From contig JBBRPR010000123.1 of assembly GCA_038227875.1 (NCBI GenBank), forward strand, positions 1 through 10,007: a DNA stretch of 10,007 nucleotides, read 5' to 3'. The notes beneath the pieces were generated by a model, which ran no database searches, had not been told where the DNA came from, and saw nothing but the letters and a program-made list of their open reading frames with translations. This DNA is from Planctomycetota bacterium (GTDB lineage Bacteria; Planctomycetota; SZUA-567; H5-PLA8). The position numbers were made by a program, and so were the translations under genes. This document shows positions 7,277-10,007 of the stretch, piece by piece (position 1 is the first letter of the stretch; each line of letters starts with the position of its first letter).

Positions 7277-8239
7277 TTACGGCGGCAGAATCGGCATCTG
7301 GAAATGCGTCTCCAGATTGTACGGCGTCTCGGGCCCGAACCACTTGTTGAACACGCGCGTCCACTGCCCGCTGGTCCAGATCTCGGTGAGAATTTCATCG
7401 ATGCGCGAGCGGAACTGCGAATCGTTCTGCGGCAAACCGATCGCATACGGCTCGGCCGAAAATCCTTCGCCGGCAATTTGAAACGCTTTCGGGTTGGCAC
7501 TGCCCTGGCTGATCGCCCGCAGTGTCAGCCCGTCGCCGGTGGCCGCATCCACTTCGCCCTTCTGCAACTTGTCGAACGCTTCCAAATTGGTGCTGACCAC
7601 GACGATCTGGCAATCCGGCGCAACAGTCTTCAAGTTGTCGAGACTGGTGGTGCCGGAGGCGCAGGCCACCTTCTTGCCGGCCAGGTCGCGGTACGATTTG
7701 ATCGCCGATGCCACCGGCACCAGCAGGCTCTGCTGGTCCTGGAAGTACGGCATCGAGAAATCGATTTCATGCGAGCGCTTGCGCGTGGCCGTCAGCGTTG
7801 CGACCAGGATGTCGATCTCGCCGGCCTTCAGCTTTTCGAGGCGGTCCTTGCTGGTCACCGGCACAAACACCGGCTGCACTTTCAACGCGCGCGCGATGCG
7901 GAATCCCAGATCCACGTCAAAGCCCTGCGGCACCGCGTCCTTGTCGGCCGGGTCGACGAAACCAAACGGCGGACTGTCAATGCGCACGCCGATCTTCAGC
8001 ACCTTCGCCGCATCGATTTTTGCCAGATGTCCGCCAGTCACTGTCGCGGACGGCGCTTGCGATGACGAAGTCGCGGAAGCCGTTTCTGTCGCGCCGCCGC
8101 CCGTTACCGTGGTCGTGTGCTCTTCGACGACATGCCAGCGGCCGTCGTCTTCCTTGTCCTTGTCGCATCCGGCGCTGGCCACCACCAGCAGCATCGCCGC
8201 CGCCACCAGCACATTCAGCCCGATTCGCTTTTCCATCAT
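7277..8239 (-). CDS. Polar amino-acid ABC transporter substrate-binding lipoprotein (SBP family 3, GltI/PEB1-like)
   Basis: Signal peptide with lipobox-like ASAGC. Motifs LKIGVRIDSPPFGF, GFDVDL, RLEKLKAGEIDIL, TLTATRKR..IDFSMPYF, AEPYAIGL and FNKWFG. Start is ATG 8239 or 8236 after AGGTGGAG. Confidence 0.92.
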   Translation of the reverse strand: MMEKRIGLNVLVAAAMLLVVASAGCDKDKEDDGRWHVVEEHTTTVTGGGATETASATSSSQAPSATVTGGHLAKIDAAKVLKIGVRIDSPPFGFVDPADKDAVPQGFDVDLGFRIARALKVQPVFVPVTSKDRLEKLKAGEIDILVATLTATRKRSHEIDFSMPYFQDQQSLLVPVASAIKSYRDLAGKKVACASGTTSLDNLKTVAPDCQIVVVSTNLEAFDKLQKGEVDAATGDGLTLRAISQGSANPKAFQIAGEGFSAEPYAIGLPQNDSQFRSRIDEILTEIWTSGQWTRVFNKWFGPETPYNLETHFQMPILPP

Positions 8240-8281
8240 CACTCCACCTGAGGTCTTGACGTAGTGCCCGATCACCGTGAT

Positions 8282-9334
8282 TTACAGACTCTGGTATTTG
8301 TTGCAGGAATACAAATTCATGGTCATGTCTTCCGCCAGCTTTTGAATATCCGCGTTGTTGGGATTGGCATCGGCGACTGGCGTCAACTTGTCGAGGCTTT
8401 CGTTCAGGATCTTCGCCGCCTTCCTCCAGTTCGTGTTCGCGCCGTTGTTATCGTTCTTGGAAAGCTTGCGTGCTTCGCCCATGAACTGCAGCGCATCGGC
8501 CAGCGCCTTCCGGGCATCGGAGACGACCTGATCGGTCGACTGCGGCGCGCCGCCGCCAGACTTGGCGCTCTGCGCCGCGACCACTTTTTCCGCCACCGCT
8601 TTCGCCCGGTCGGGAAAGCTGAAGGGACTCGGCACTTTTCCGGCGCGCTCCGCTTCTTCAAACGTCTTGTATTCGATCTTCGCCGCCGGCCGGATGCTCT
8701 TGGCAAAACGGCTGCCCGGCAGATGGTATTCCTTGCTGTTCAAGTCCGCGACGACCGGACCCTTATAGTCCGCCGGCGCCACGTCGACTTCCGCCGTCTT
8801 CGCCGCTACAGCCGTCTTGTCTGGCGTGGCTGGAGGAGTCGTGTTCGTGCTCGCCACCGCCGCGCCCGGAGCCCACAGCCCGACCTTGGCCGTCATCGCC
8901 TCCGACTGCGCCGTCTGAATCGCCGCCGCGTATTTCTTGCTCCGCCCGTCCGTGATGCCCAGCCCGCGCTTCAGCAGTTCCATGTTCACGTGCGTGTTGC
9001 CAACAAAGAGGTGCACCGGAGCCGGCATCGCGTTACCGTCGGCGTTCAGTTCCGGTTCCATTTCAATGCGGATCACCGTTCCGGGATGGAGCGTGTCGCG
9101 CAGGTATTTAAGCGTCTGCGTGTCACTCTCGCCGCCTTTGGTCTGCACATTCGCCAGCTTCACCTGCAGCGGCAACCCGCAGTACTTGATGCGCAGCAAG
9201 TCCGGCCCATCCACGGAGAGCACCGTATGCGTGAAGGTTGTGCCATCCGGCGCTTCGTTCGCGCGAGCACGCAGGTGCGGCAGTCCGATTGTCGCAACAG
9301 TGAGAACCACGAAAGTTCGAAGCAGCGAACGCAT
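8282..9334 (-). CDS. Secreted thermonuclease (SNase)-like protein with Ada metal-binding-like domain and helical C-terminus; catalytic residues degenerate
   Basis: Signal peptide MRSLLRTFVVLTVATIGLPHLRARA. SNase-like VLSVDGPDLL, VKLANV, VNMELLKRGLG and AQSEAMTAKVGLW. Ada-like NSKEYHLPGS...YKTFEEAERAGKVP. ATG 9334 follows GGTGA and is preferred over TTG 9406. Confidence 0.8.
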   Translation of the reverse strand: MRSLLRTFVVLTVATIGLPHLRARANEAPDGTTFTHTVLSVDGPDLLRIKYCGLPLQVKLANVQTKGGESDTQTLKYLRDTLHPGTVIRIEMEPELNADGNAMPAPVHLFVGNTHVNMELLKRGLGITDGRSKKYAAAIQTAQSEAMTAKVGLWAPGAAVASTNTTPPATPDKTAVAAKTAEVDVAPADYKGPVVADLNSKEYHLPGSRFAKSIRPAAKIEYKTFEEAERAGKVPSPFSFPDRAKAVAEKVVAAQSAKSGGGAPQSTDQVVSDARKALADALQFMGEARKLSKNDNNGANTNWRKAAKILNESLDKLTPVADANPNNADIQKLAEDMTMNLYSCNKYQSL

Positions 9335-9516
9335 GATCGTTTCACCCGGCTTTGCTATAAACGGTTGACTGTGAAAGCTCTTATCACGAGCTGGGGGAAA
9401 AGGCAACTGACCGACAGATGGGACTGGGGATCGCGCATCGGGGGCCGGTTAATGGGTTCGACGAATGCCGAAGAAAGGAACGAATTCCCCGCGCAAAAAA
9501 TCACGCCACTTTCCCC

Positions 9517-9546
9517 TTGCATATTCACCCCGCATTAGGGTAATCT
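9517..9546 (+). promoter_or_regulatory. Candidate sigma70 promoter for the HTH gene
   Basis: TTGCAT (9517-9522), 18-nt spacer, TAATCT (9541-9546) in the divergent intergenic region. Confidence 0.4.
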
Positions 9547-9683
9547 TCACCCACCTGCGACTGTCCGTCCTTATCGCTGAAACGCGGTCCGGCAGTCGCC
9601 AACTTTCTCCCACACAACCCAGCACACCGATCAAAGCGCGCAGCGCCTTCGTGTCGCTCTGTGGGTACAGAAAGGAAATACCT

Positions 9684-10007
9684 ATGAAAACGCTCGATCC
9701 CATCCACGACCGTGCCATCGACCTGCTCGTCCAAGGTTACCGCCAGCACGAAATCGCCGCCGAACTCAAGATCAGCGACAGAACTCTCCGCCGCTGGATC
9801 AAAGACGAAGTCTTCCGCGAAGAACTCGAAACTCAGCGCGACGGCGCCCGCACCATGGCGCAGACCGTGATGGCCATCGCTGCCGCCGACCAGGCCGCTT
9901 ACGCCAAAAACGCCATCAACCTGGCCTTCAACATGCTCAACTCCCACGACGAAAAAACGCACGAACGAGCGATCGTTTTAGGCATGAAGCTGATCGCTCA
10001 GCAAGAA
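9684..10007 (+). CDS. Helix-turn-helix protein resembling phBC6A51 / terminase-small-subunit-type N-terminal HTH; 3'-truncated by the window edge
   Basis: Manual translation gives 108 stop-free codons: MKTLDPIHDRAIDLLVQGYRQHEIAAELKISDRTLRRWIKDEVFREELETQR... RBS AAAGGA upstream. HTH pattern EIAAELKISDRTLRRW followed by DEVF and a long helix. Absent from the ORF track. Confidence 0.85.
   Translation, partial: MKTLDPIHDRAIDLLVQGYRQHEIAAELKISDRTLRRWIKDEVFREELETQRDGARTMAQTVMAIAAADQAAYAKNAINLAFNMLNSHDEKTHERAIVLGMKLIAQQE

Noticed and set aside
9378..9430. SAM-I riboswitch-like words (CTTATCACGAG, GGCAAC, GGGACTGG)
   Set aside because: Motifs are in the wrong order and spacing for SAM-I, no P1-P4 pairing was found, and no sulfur or methionine gene lies downstream.
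6602..9538. Long + strand ORFs 6602..8065 (487 aa), 7494..8264 and 8264..9538 (424 aa)
   Set aside because: Antisense to motif-supported genes, with Arg/His-rich or Ser-rich composition and no motifs. Typical shadow ORFs of high-GC codon bias.
9449..9962. Minus-strand ORFs 9449..9718 and 9525..9962
   Set aside because: Antisense to the HTH gene, which has an RBS and a clear motif.

Overview
High-GC bacterial chromosomal window with no rRNA, tRNA, CRISPR array or recognisable transposase/integrase. A Planctomycetota/PVC-like origin is a guess from gene types. Left to right: (1) the 5' part of a large secreted helical + PQQ-type beta-propeller protein on the minus strand (1398 to <1), absent from the ORF track; (2) a divergent SGNH/GDSL hydrolase (+); (3) six co-oriented minus-strand genes, in transcription order: secreted SNase-like/Ada-like protein, orphan amino-acid ABC substrate-binding lipoprotein, STAS protein with a putative Sm/LSm-like C-terminus, membrane protein, M48 Zn-peptidase, pckA; (4) the 5' part of a divergent HTH protein (+, 9684 to >10007), also absent from the track. 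The most unusual items are an apparently doubly inactivated SNase-Ada protein, a STAS domain lacking its phospho-Ser and fused to a possible Sm fold, a REP-like doublet of 32-nt palindromes upstream of pckA, and a heptamer-built 19-bp perfect inverted repeat. All family calls come from motif recognition by eye. No complete novel system can be shown from sequence alone.
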